A stretch of 64,000 nt of DNA from Saccostrea echinata (lineage: Eukaryota), in assembly GCF_033153115.1 (NCBI RefSeq), contig NW_026889755.1:15128001-15192000 (forward strand). Reading direction: 5' to 3'. Under the pieces are notes generated by a model. It made no database searches, was not told where the DNA came from, and saw only the letters and a list, made by a program, of their open reading frames with translations. Positions 23,916 through 37,800 of the stretch are shown here, piece by piece. Each line of letters begins with the position of its first letter. The stretch's first letter is position 1. The translations under genes and the position numbers were made by a program.

Positions 23916-24640
23916 TATGAAGGCACCATAAAATGGGAGTATACCCTGTCACAATTTACAGTTGTACACATGGGGCATCAAAGGAGCAGTTCAAACACAT
24001 AATAAAAGTTGTAAAGGAAATTGATTTAAAATCTAATCCTGGTTAATTATTAGCATAAAATAGTATACATATATGTACATATACTGGTATGACTATATAT
24101 ATTCAAGTGTCATGGTAATATAACTCTGACCTTTCAACTGTATCTATGAACATATGAATATATGGATATCATAGACTTAATTTGTTCTTTCAATAACCCC
24201 AGAAATCTTATATGGCACATGCTTGTCAACAGTAAATACTTTAAAACACAACAAGGTTGTTAAGCTCTTAAAAAGGTTGTTGATAAAATATTTTTTTTAA
24301 AATAAATGACTCTTTGGGTTGTAGTAATTAAATATTTTAAAATGACAAGGTAGCTATCAACTTCATTGATGGTGGGGGGAGGGGGGGGGGGGGGGGGTCA
24401 AATAAACTATACCAGCAAACAAGTAGTTATCATATAGCAAAATAAATATATCTTTTAAAATATAAGTAAAAAATATCACTTTTCTTGAGAATTTTAAAAT
24501 ACGCCTATCATAGAATTATTCTTTTTTTTTTTACCATCATTAATATAATATTCCCATTTATAGTCAAGAACTGCATAGATTTTCAATATATTTGTAAGGG
24601 GTTTACAAAGTGTTCAGGGAGAGCAGTAAGTCTTCTTTTG

Positions 24641-27435
24641 TTAACTGTACCATTCCCGTGAACGATGGACTGCCTTCTCCCACTGCACAAATCTGTCCTT
24701 GTACGCTGGCCAGGCATCTTTTTCTGCTGTGAACACAGTCTCTGATTCACGGATTTCCCTCAATTCCGACTTATTCTTCCATATCCCTAAATCACGCAGA
24801 GGGGAAAAAATTTCAAAATATATGATGATGTACACTGAAAGGCATTTAAGGATCAATGTGCGTGTTTCTAGTATTTTTACAAATATCAGCATCCAGACAA
24901 AAAAAAAATATTTATAAAACTTTCTGTGTCATAAATAAAGATTTTCAATACTGTGAACTTCAACAAATTTTTTTGCAGTTACAAGATAAATGTTCAAGAA
25001 ATCTGCAAGGAGAGGGAAAATTTTGCTGTAAACTACTACATGTATTCATTTCTGTACATTGACAGCAAAGCCATCTTAAGTCCAAACAAAAAAAATGGAA
25101 AAGAAAATTGGTATATTCTTTAATGAAAAAAAGAAGCAAAAAGCAGCTGCAAAGAAAAAAATCATTGACTTTTAATTTTTTTTTACCAAATGACAAGGTA
25201 TTCCAAGAGATGAAATATTACATTGGTTTAATTTCACATTGGTAATTTTTTAACCAAAGTAACATTATTATATATATATGACTGCATAGTAAAACTTGGT
25301 TATAAAAAAGTCACTGGAACCTTGAATTTTAATTCCCCATTAGTGAATTTCTTTTTATCCATATAAAGAACATAGTGAATGTAAAATGTTTCCTTTAACT
25401 GAAATTTCCTTATAAGCAAGTTCTTCATAACCAAATTTCACTGTACATGTAAGCATGAGCTTTTTATTCTTCCTGTTAGTCAAATAAAACTTAACACCAT
25501 GAGAAGTGAAATTTTCAAATATGAAAAATAAAAGTGGAACAAAATTATTCCAGTTAATAAATATACAGATAAATACCTTTCGCTAGCCCAGCTAGGAATG
25601 CTGCCCCTAGACTTGTCATGTTGGCCCTCTGTTTGGCTCTATCTATTGTCTGATTGGTGAAGTCAGCTATCATCTGCATGAGGAAATCATTATTGCACAC
25701 ACCCCCATCTGCCCTGAAAGAAACATCTCAGATGTATTTTTCATTAAAAAGCATGTTTTTGAGCAATATATCCTTGATGTAATTACACAGTAGTCTTTTA
25801 AAGCCATAATTGAAGATATCCTCAGACGGTGTGTAGTACTCGTAGAGTAGTTTTTGTTTGACATGCAATGTAGTTGTACAGTAGTAAATATATTGTTATA
25901 AATACTTTTTTTTTATTATAAATATGTAATATATGTTTTTCATAAATATCTATAGAATGGTAATCATTAGTGTAGTTATTACAAATAAAATATAAATTGA
26001 TTCTAGTTTTACACTCTGTGTAATTCAATTTGTTAAATATGTATATTTCTGCATGCAACTTTTTCAGAATGATGCAATTAAATGGAAACCCCATCAAAAC
26101 TATTTTAAAACTAGTGGGTATTGTTTTTTTTTACAAAAAAACACATGTCTCCCCTTTACCAACATTAACGAGTGCAAATATATGATCAGGGTCAAAAATA
26201 ATAATGCAGTGCATCTCAACTCAAATTCTGTGTACAAAATTTCAAGTCTTCATGTCAAACAGATCTCAAGTAATGGTCTGGTCGTGTTTTTCTTAATTTG
26301 ACCTAGAAGAAAGTGGTCAAGGTCAAATATTTTGATGCAGTGCATTTAGTCTTAATGTTGTCTTTCCTTGTTCCAAGTTTGAAATCTTAATGTCAAAAAG
26401 TTCTCAAGTTATGACCTAGACTATATTTTCATGTAAACGATTGACCTTGACTTTATTAATAGGTCAAGGTGAAAAAATGTTGCCATTCACCCTTCCTCTA
26501 TACCACCTCTCCATGTTCCAAGTTTGAAGTCTTAATGTCAGGGTTCTCTAGTTATGGTCTAGTCATGTTTTCTCTATTTGACCTTGAAGAAAGGGGTCAA
26601 GGTCAAAATTTTGAAACGTTGCATCTTGTAACAATGTCTTCTTTCTATGTAACAAGTTTGAAGTCCTAATATCAAAGGGTACTCAAGCTAAGGCCTGGAC
26701 TCTATTTTGATGTAAAAGATTGACCTTGACATTATAATAATTGGATCAAGGTCAAAAATTTTGGTGGCATGCATCCTCCTTCATACCACTTCTGCATGTT
26801 CCATGTCTGAAGTCTTTATAACAAAGGATTCTTAAGTAATGGTCTAATCAAGTTTTTACCCTATTTGACCTTGAAGAAGAAAAGAGGTCAAGGTTTTGGT
26901 GTGTTGCATCTTGTATCAATGTCTTCTTTCTTTGTTACAAGTTTGAAGTCCTAATATCAAAGGGTACTCAAGCTATGGTTTGGACTCTATTTTGATGTAA
27001 AAGATTGACCTTGACCTTATAATAATTGAATCAAGGTCAAAAATTTTGGTGGCATGCATCCCTCCTTTACACCACCTCTGCATGTTCCAAGTTTGAAGTC
27101 TTAATGTCAAAAGGTTCTCAAGTTATGGTCAAATCGTGTTTTTTCCCTATTTGACCTTGAAGGCAGAAATGGGTCAAGGTCAAAATTCTAATGCAGTGCA
27201 TTTTGTCTCAAGGTCTTCTTCCGATGTTACAAGTTTGAAGTCCTAATATCAAAGGGATCTCAAGTTATGGGCTGAACTTTATTTTGATGTAAAAGATTGA
27301 CCTTGACCTTATAAATAGGTCAAGGTCAAAAATGTTGGTGGCGTGCACTCCTTCTCAATGTCATCTATCTATGTTCCAAGTTTGAAGTCTTAATGTCAAA
27401 GGGTATTAAAGTTACGGCCTGGACAAAATTTGGAT

Positions 27436-27467
<32 letters not shown>

Positions 27468-30400
27468 AAATCGACAAAAACAATGTCTCCCCTGGAAGGG
27501 GAGACATAATACGAGACTGACAGACTCCTCTGAACAAGGAAAGTAACTTTAATAAATATAAAAACTGAAAAAATACCTGTACATGTACCATTTCTGGGCA
27601 AAAAAAACAACATAGACTTAATTAAATCTATGATTTCCACATAATATACAAGAACATGTAATGTAACACACTTAAGGGGCCGAGTGGGGTTTTCATTGCA
27701 CAATACTTCACACAGCATAGTAAAATAAAGCGTATTTACTCTTTTAAAGCAACTATTTTTACATAATTTATAAAATGTAACAATTTTAGGAAATCTCAGG
27801 TTAAAAAATCTAATTACATTCTTATATAACTGATTTTTTAAATGATTTTTCAAAGGATGGGTAGATAGACGTCATACATGTAATAGTTGTGTTTTTGACG
27901 TTATGAATAACCGAAGTTCTTTAAGCGGGGTCAATAATTATGTCATCAAATTAAAAGTATGAAATAGATGTTCTTGAAATTTCAAGCATAGGAAATTGAG
28001 AATCTCACAATCATTTTCATTATTTTTTATTTAAATCTGTATACAAAGTATCTGTCAAGTTTTGTTGTACTCCATAAAAACAGGAAAATATCATGAATTT
28101 CGACATTTTGAGATGCCTCCTCTGGAAACCAGATGGTATAATTTTGTGTTTCTTACATAAAATGTACAATATAGTATTACCCTTCAAATAATATAATTTG
28201 AGCAAAATATCTATAGTAGCATTTGTATAATTTGCTCTGAAGTGCAAAAAAATGGTAATTTCCTATGTAATTCTATTAGTAAATGAACCTGTATTTTGAG
28301 ATGGTCCCCAAAAAATAAGCAGACGGTAGATTTTCACTAAACTTGGCATATATTCTGAAGTCAGTGTAAGGTACATATGGTGTAAAATTAAAGAGTTTCT
28401 CTATAGTAGTTTTCACACAATAAAACCCCAGTCGGCTCCCTTGAATTTAAAATGTGGAGTTTCTACCTGATATGGGACAGAGGAATTTTGGTCTCTGATA
28501 AGATGGTTTCATAGAGTAATTTAACCCTGAATGCCAAGTTTTCTAGGAGTGCTCGGACTATGTGAGCTTTGGTTGTGGTGGGTTTCAACCCAATCAGAGT
28601 AGTCACTGCTTTATCATCATTAATAGGGGCCTGAAAAAAAATTTACAGAAAATATCATAAACTTAAGTAATTAAATATGTACAGTGACATGGATTCAAAT
28701 ATAGAACATGTACAGTGTATATAATTTCTGCCAATGCATGAGCTCATATTACCGGTATTTATGTGTCGTGCTCCCAACAGTGTAAACTTCAAGCAAGATA
28801 AAGCAAATTTTTTTTTTACCCTCGACTTGTAGCAGTGCAGGCACGGTCATTCCTACCTGTAATCCACTGAAGGCTCCAACAAAATAGACCCCGTCACTAT
28901 CTACAAACAGGGCATGAAAACAAAGTTACATCACAACAAAGTACTGGTACACCTTACAACAAACAGACAGTACTGACAATACAAGTTTTTGTTTCAATTC
29001 TTCTCTGCACTACAGCCTACATTAGGGACAACTTGGTCTTCACTAAATTCTACATCAGGGAGACAGGGACACAACAATCAAAATATGGTTTCATCAAACT
29101 GTTAGTACAGATGCTTCCACAATCTAAGCCATTTCACTTTAATCAATTTCTTCGAAACTATAATGCTATAGGTACTAATTCCTTTTGCTTTACACTGTTG
29201 ATGTATACAAAACAAGTTAACAGGAATAGAGAAATACAGTAAAACACGCTTATAATGAAGTGTCAGGGATGGACAATTTTGCTTCGTTATAAGCCTAATT
29301 CATTAAAGCTGTTCATGTTAAAATATAATTTAAAGTTGCACAAAATGAAAATTACTTCACTGTAAGCATCAATTCATTATAAGCGTGTTCATTCTATAAG
29401 CGTGTTTTAGCTGTAACATGTTCTGAACTTACCTGGGACACTTTCCGCTATTTTAGCTGTGTCTCCTACATCATCCACAAAACCTATGAAATTGTAAATA
29501 CAAATAAAGTGAGTTTTACTCTTAAAGTACTGTATAAAACAAAAGTTTCACTTCAAGTCTGGGTAGATACTTATCATAAGTAAGCATTAAATTTTATTTT
29601 CCTGATTATTTCACTTTACCTAATGATTTAGCCCATTCTATGATGGAACCAGTGTCTGTTATGCTCCCCTCTGCTACAAATGTTGTCTCATTTCCTATTT
29701 TCCAACCCACTATAGGATAAAGTCCTAAAAGGTAAGTAAAGTCCATCTAAAGTTTACATCAGACTTCTCTGTATTTCTAAAACAATTTCAAGAAATGTTC
29801 CACTGAATGCCAGTTCAGGATTTTGATCTTCTAGAAAGAACATTGTTTAGATTCTTCTTTTACCTCCAACAGAGGCATGAGGTGTGTCTCCACAATTCAA
29901 ATCAAGAAAAGTCCCTGTTCCCATGGTGCATTTGATGTCTCCAACTTCAAAACAGCACTCCCCAAACAATGCCCCGGTCTGATCAGAAACCTACATGATA
30001 AGAAGGATCACTGTTAAACCCTGTGTATACATGAAGTAATGTAGATTCCTTATTTTTCGCGAGTACCGGGTACTTATTTTCGCGAAATGGCTCTTTGACG
30101 TCAAATCGTGAGAACAATAATTCGCGAGTGGACGGTTGATCAAGAGATTTTACACTGATTTCAGCACCATAAAAATAAAAGCAAGTAATTTTATTTCGCG
30201 AGGCGTGCTTTACGTGATAATTAATTTCTCGCGTACATTTAGGAATGTACAGTATTGTTCCTCTCAGAAATTAGAATGTGTTTCTGAATTTGAAATCACT
30301 ATTGACCACTAGCTGACAAAGTCAAAAAGGGCCTGCAGTTTGTTTGTTTTTTTTATCAATAATTTTGACCTTGCAGAGCAAGTGGCTTCGGAATTTATAG

Positions 30401-33400
30401 GGATCCTTTTCAATTGTGAAATGAATATTAAGCTAGGCTTCATGATATGTATTTAAAATTTTGTATCAAGCATTTTAAAATGGGCTTTTTTGAAAATATT
30501 CCATTTAGAATTGATCTTGACCTTTGAAATCAAAAGATTCTTCTCCATTCTTGATTATATATAAAGTAACCTGAGGCACATGGGCCACAATGCTCACCAG
30601 AATTACTTTAGCCCCGCTGTTCAGAAGATTGTTAAAAGATTTTTATATTCTTTTGAAAAATAAATACTTACTACTGCAGTAATGGGAATGGCTGCCCCAA
30701 ATATTGCTGGATCTGTGGTTCCAAAATCTCCACTACAGCAATAAAAAAAATGAGCAACAGTTCATACCATGATAAACTAACCTATTACGCAAGTAATTAC
30801 ATAAGCAGCCCACACATACAAAGTACCATGTATTTACTATTTAAAAACTATTATATAATCAACCTGCACATAAAAAGTACAATGTATTTACTATTTAAAA
30901 ACTATTATATAATCAACCTGCACATAAAAAGTACAATGTATTTACTATTTAAAACTGTGAGTGGGTTAAACCAGAAGTATCTGAGGAGACTCTAACTCTA
31001 CTGGCGTGTACTTATAATAAAGATTTCAAAGATATATCTTAGTATAGGCTTCTTGAATGTGTACCATGTCTAATTGAAATCCGACCAAAACTGTAGGGGG
31101 AGTAATGTTTTGTAAGAATTTCACACTCAGGAATTTCTTTCTGTAGTATAGAACTGTTGGAGGAGTAGCATTTTAAAAAGAATTTCCAAGAATTTTCTAT
31201 TTTCAGTATTATGGCAACATAATTTGCCAAAATCAAAAACTGATGTATAGAATGTATATGCATCTTAGAATAATCTTAGTATAAGGAATATCATTTTGAA
31301 AGAATTTCCTTTTTAGTAACCATGGTTACATCATTTATCAAAATCAAAACCCATAAATAGAATGATGTATCTTAGTGTAGTCTACTTGTGTACCAAGTTT
31401 TAATGAAATTGGACCAAAACTGTATGGGGAGTAGTGTTTTGAGAAAAAAAACTGCTTACAGACAGACGGACAGACAGACACCTACGGTTGTCCCTAAGAC
31501 CCAGGGGCCAGGGAAATTCCCCGCCTATAATGATGTAATCCCCCGGTTATTCTGGTATTCCCCCTCAACTCCCTGTTGGGGGAGGAACCCCAAACCCCTT
31601 TCTACCTCTTTAATGTTTCTTGCTATTTCAATACTTAGGGAAAACCCTGGACACCTTACAATTGCATAAGCTCCAGTAGAGCTAACAAAAAAATCATTAG
31701 TCCTTAAAAAATTACAATAAATTTAATTTTGAAATATTTCAAAACTGGATTTTTTACAGGACATATACACAGACTTCTCTTCTTACAATGTATAAAACAC
31801 TGAGCCCCTTTCTTACTGTTAATACCTGGTGTCTCGGATCTCGGGTAAAATTTCCATAGGAATGTTCAACAAGTTACATACAATGGTGCTCCATTCAAAC
31901 TGAAAACAAAACATATGCATACATATTATGAACACTGTCAGATGTATGTACAAATCAGTGCAGCTATAGTTAGATAACATGGTTATATTGAAAGGATGAA
32001 AGTTTGACAATTTCAATATTTTAGAAACATGACGAGTGAAAACTTTAACAGTACTCTTTAACAAGAATGTCAAGGTTGATGAATGGTAACTTTGATGTTT
32101 TTTCACTTATTCTGCAATTTCGCCAACATTTCCATGTCATCAAAGTTTCCGCTTTTCCAGTAGCATAAAAGGCTTTCAAGAACAAACTACGTGCAAGTCT
32201 TTTTTACAGTGCATTATTGTTAACACTGAAAATAATTTCAGAACATTACATAGTTTTAGTCAGGTATATCTAACTGTCAATCTTGAATACAACAGTTTTA
32301 TCAAATTATTAACAAGGCTGCAAATATTAAATCTAATTTGCTGACATTGTGTGACAATACAAAGAGTAGGTTTTTTATTATAGAATTTAACGTCTCTCTT
32401 TTTGACATAATATACAGATTGAACTTCGGTATCTCAAACACTGATATCTCAAATACTATGGATATGTAGAAGTGATCTGGAAGTACCAACCCCTTATTCT
32501 TTAAGTATTTTACCCTGGTTATCTTGAATCCTTGGATATCTCGAAGTTTTTCTTAGTCCCATTGAGTTTGAGATAACGAGGTTTGACTGTACTTAAGGTA
32601 AAAGAACAAATGACATACCTGGTAGGGATCAAACAGCCCTGTTCCACTTGCACAGGAGTAGTCAGTCACTATAAGCTTTTCTTTTGTCAATTTATATAAC
32701 AACCATGTTTCTATACAACCTAGGCACACCTCATTTACAGCTAACTTGGCTCTCAGCTACATGGAAAATAGAATTTTTCAAATACATGTGAATTCATTTT
32801 TGTATGAGTGAAAAAAAGCATTAACTGTTACCTACAAATTGTTTCTCAATCAGTTCAGTGTACTAAAGATACATGTATTTTGCTAACAATCCAATAAAAT
32901 TCAATATGCACGTACATGTGTATATTAAATATGCATGTACATGTATATGTATATTAAATTTCAGAACATGTAAAACTACTAGTACCTGAAAAGTTCTGAA
33001 TCAGCATGATCAGGTATCAATTTTTATTTCTTCATATTTTAGACTAAGTACAGTAAATTCAGTTTACACAGAGATAAAAAACTATGAGATATCATTGACA
33101 AATTTCACAAACATACCTTGTTTAAAATTACAATTTTTAAAGTAAAAACACAGATAAGACTATATATTTTTTTCTGATTCCTTGATTCTCTTTTTTTTTG
33201 ACCTAAGTTTATTTGCTTAAGCTTAGATACAAAATTTTAATTTTGCATCCCAACATAAGTGTAAAACTCTGGAAGGGATATAAAACAAATAAACAAACAA
33301 TTTTGTAGCATCTGGTATTACACTATTACAAGTACATGTACAGTTAACTTCATTATCTCGAATACCAGGACATTGGCAGTCCCAACAACTTTTTTTGTCT

Positions 33401-34645
33401 GTATTTCACCCTCATTATCTCAATTCCTTGGATATCTCGAAGTTTAATCTTGGTCCCATCAAGTTCGAGATAACAAGGTTCCACTGTACTTCACAGATTA
33501 GGGAATTATAGTTTTTTTATGCAGTTTATGACCTTACCTCTTCCACATTTTCTAAAACCCAGATCAACCTCATTGTAACCTAAAAGAGAGAGAAATGACA
33601 GAATCATTTTTTACTGTCCATTCAATGCATCACGTACCTTTCAACTTTCTGTTTAATTCAAACTTACAGTATGTAAATCTAAAATACATGTATATTAAAA
33701 ATTCTTTCTACATTGTAAAATTCTGAGAGGATTGTAAACTAATGCACAATCATAAAAACATGTACAAAAGTTGATCAGTAAATTCAATTTTTTTCTTCTA
33801 CAAGTAAAAAGAAAGCCACAAATTATGAGGGATTTAGGTATGCTAAGAATGGCCAATGGAAATCACTACAAACTACTGTAAAAAGTACTGGACTTCAATG
33901 AAACACTTTTAAACTGAAAATGACAGACTTTAAATTGAATATATGCATACAGATTTCCTTCAGATGTTTATCAAAAAGGGGAAAAAATGATTAAATGGCA
34001 TCGTCTCACCTGCTGTGACATGAATTTCAGTACACTTGCTGACAAGAACCTTTTCTGTCAGGTGAACATGTGTAGAATTGAGGAACCATTATTTAAAGCC
34101 TGAAAATTTAAAAATTCACATGTAGTACAGTAAAACATAGTTATAGCAAAAATGCAAAATACTTATAATTCATTATAATATTCAAGGCCAATTCATAATT
34201 AACACTTAAGAAACTGAATTGTACACTTAATGGATATAGTGTGTTAAGTTTATAACGATTAACAAAATTTTTCATCACTGGCCCTTTACCATAAGCATAT
34301 TTTACTGTAGACGGTCGACAGTAACATAAATCTTAAAATAAACAGCAATTAAATTAACTCTAGAAAAAGGATTTTCCAAGGAAATATGCATATTAAATAC
34401 ATACAAAGTACATGAACTTGCCTTCATTCTTAATGAATTATTCCAGCTTTTGACAATGTTCCTAGATCTCAAGTCTTGCCAAGTTATGAAGTTGTGAAAT
34501 GGTTTTCCAGTTGTTCTACGAAAAATTGTCAAGGAATTAATTATTAATTAACTTTTCTACGAGATAATTAATTAATTTACAACAGATTTTGTTTGATATT
34601 CTATGAATCCATTTTTTGGGGAAAATTATTTCTATCTCGTAGAAA

Positions 34646-34684
<39 letters not shown>

Positions 34685-34787
34685 TAATACCAATTGTCAC
34701 ACACATGTCTATAATCTGGATTACAACATTATATCATTAATGAATATAATAAACAAATAAACAAAAAAAATTATAATTGTGACAACT

Positions 34788-34833
<46 letters not shown>

Positions 34834-37800
34834 AAGAAGGAGAGAGAGGGGAGGGGGTTGAGAATGGTAAAAGAAGAGCATGATCAAAGATAAATGTCTG
34901 TTCATTAAAGTACTGGTAAGAGTATGTCCAAGGATTGTGCAAAATATCTTTAAGTGCCTATTTGCAGGGTCTTACATAAGTGAAAGCCAATTTTTCCATT
35001 TATTATTAAACTCTTTAATTTGATTACTTTTTGTTGCGCTATATTTCATGGTAGATAGTAATGTTTTAACATCTCCACGTAATCCTTGTAATCTCAAAAC
35101 CTCATTACGACATTTAGTTCTGTATATAAATGATTTAATACATAACAGTATTGTATTTAATTCCTTACTATTGGGTATTGGGTTTCCTAGTATGAATGTA
35201 CAACTATCTATTGGAAATTCTATATTATGAGCTTCGCAAAGAATGGTAAAACTATTTATAAGTTCTTGAACCTTCTGGCATTCCCACATAATATGAAAAA
35301 TTGTTTCCTCACATGTCTGACAGAAGCTACACAATTTAGTATCTTTCAAACCCATTTTATATAAAATTTTATTTGTAACTAAGATATGTTGATTTATTCT
35401 GAATTGTAGCCATTGTAATTTAGAACTTTTTGTACATTGGAAAGGAATTTTGTATAGCATTTCCCATAGGGAATCTTGAATTTCAAAATGTTTACTCCAT
35501 TTCACTTTTGAGAAAGGTACTACATGTTCTGTATTCAAAATATTATACATAGGTTTTGTTCCTTTTTTAGCTAAACAGAATAATTTTAAATAAAAAGGTA
35601 GAATGGGCTTTGGGTTTGATCTTTCTTTGTTTACTTTTTCTACAGCCATAGCTACTTTTATAACTTTCTGTAGACTTGCATAGGTTAAAAAATTGGTTTC
35701 TATATTAAATTTTGCTTGAAGTTCTTCTAATTTTAGAAAAGTTCCCTGTTCATCTAACAAATCTGAAATAAATATTACACCATTGATAAACCATTTAGAG
35801 TAAAAAATGGGCTTATTGTCAATTTTGAGTTTTTTATTGTGCCCAAGATGATTTTAAGCCCTTAATGTAGTTATTTATATCGATCATATTCAATCCACCA
35901 CTCTTATACTCTTGAGTAATTTGTTTTCTTTTTATCTTGTCCACTTTAGATCTCCATAGAAAATTAAACATAACGTTATTTAGATTTTTAACAAAACATT
36001 CAGAAGGTGAAGGTAAAGCAATAAAGAGATGGTTTAACTGTGCTATTAGTAGTGATTTAATAAGTGAAATCCTACCCAAGGGAGTTGTACGTCTTTTACT
36101 CCATTGTAGTATTATATTCTTAATTTTAACCAATTTTTTGTCATAATTAAGTTTTGGAATTCTAGTTAAGTCCACGTCAAAATAAATACCTAATACTTTA
36201 AATTGTGTTGTCCACTGGAAATTCATTTCATTAAGTAATCTTTCATTTGAATACTTTTTGCTTCCTATCCATACTATTTGTGTCTTAGAGAGATTAATTT
36301 TAAGTCCTGATAATTTATAAAATTTATTTATTTCTTCAATACAGTTTCTTAGGGATTGTTCTGTTCCATCTAGTATAACTAGCGTATCATCCGCATATTG
36401 AGACATTAAATATTCCTCCTCATCAATTTTAATACCTTTAATTTTTTTGTTATTTTTTATTTTTAAAGCTAAAATTTCTGCACATAGTAAAAATAAATAT
36501 GGTGAAATTGGATCACCCTGACGACAGCCACGGCCTAGTTTAAAAAAATTGGATAAATGACCTGCTTGATTGATAGCTGATACAATATTACATTGAAATA
36601 CTGAAATCCATCTTCTTAGAGAAGGCCCAAAATTAAAGAATGTAAGAGCTTTATCAATAAAATTCCATGAAACTGTGTCAAAAGCTTTTTCAAAATCAAT
36701 CATTAACAACAATCCAGGGATATTTCTTTCTTCTGTATAATGCATTAAATCATAAATTAATCTAGTATTTTCACCTATGTATCTTCCGGGTACAAAACCT
36801 GTCTGGTCTGAACTTATGATTGTGTTCAAGATATTTTTCATTCGACTTGCTATACAGCCAGAACCTATTTTATAGACAACATTTAGTAAAGATATTGGGC
36901 GCCAATTTTTTATAAAAAATTTACTTTTTCCTTCTTTAGGTATACAAGTGATAATTCCCTGTTTTTGTGTTACAGAAAGCTCTCCTTTTTTATAACCATA
37001 ATTTATTGATCTTACTATGAAATTACCTAGCTGTTTCCAAAACACTTTGAAGAATTCTGTTGTAAAGCCATCGCTTCCAGGACTTTTATCATTTGACATA
37101 TTTTTTAAAACTAGTAATGCTTCATTCAAAGATATTTCCCCTTCAAGACTATTCTTTTGTGTATCACTAAGTTTTTCTGCAGAAATATCCCAAGTATGAT
37201 CACTTAAATCAACTTCTGTTACCGCAGAATTAGCCTCATAGAGTATTTTATAATATTTTTCAATTTCCAGAAGAATGTCTCTCTGATTTGTTACTTCCGA
37301 ATCTATTGATTCATCTTTAATCAATTTAGGGATTATTTTATTTGTATAGTGTCTGTTCTCAAGGTTGAGAAAGTAATTAGTAGGTTTTTCTCCTTCATTC
37401 ATCCATTTTACTCTAGACCTTATGATATTTCCCATAAGTTTGTGGTCTCTTATATTTTCCAATTCCTTTTTCTTATCATTAATTGTTTGGATATTTTTAT
37501 CATAGTCTTTTTCCAGATTTTCAATTTCAGACATTAGCTGTTTTTCTTTCTCATTACTTTTTTTCTTTATATAACTAGAAAATGAAATGGTTTTACCTCT
37601 AATTTCCATTAAGAGTGTTTCAAGAAAAAGCTGATCATCTATAGTAAACTGAATTTCTGCAGGTGATATATCTTTGATATATTCTTTAGAATATATAGGT
37701 AATGCATAATTTTCTTTTGTTTCCTGAATAACTTTGTTGACTGTTTCAATATACTTAATATCTTGAAGAAGTGAGTTATTAAATTTCCACAAACCCTTTC

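Noticed and set aside
27365-27853. 162-aa ORF
   Set aside because: It crosses the junctions of two different repeats and a (GAA)n tract, with no recognisable domain.
34058-34060. Selenocysteine codon in GK5
   Set aside because: The position appears to correspond to Arg rather than Cys, and I did not identify a SECIS. A CGA>TGA change is simpler.
34531-34647. LINE specifically targeting the TIR of a palindromic MITE, as some Tx1 elements target DNA transposons
   Set aside because: This does not explain the second, inverted polyA-plus-flank copy at 40575-40677. Inversion with flank duplication explains all four TSD copies. Not fully excluded.
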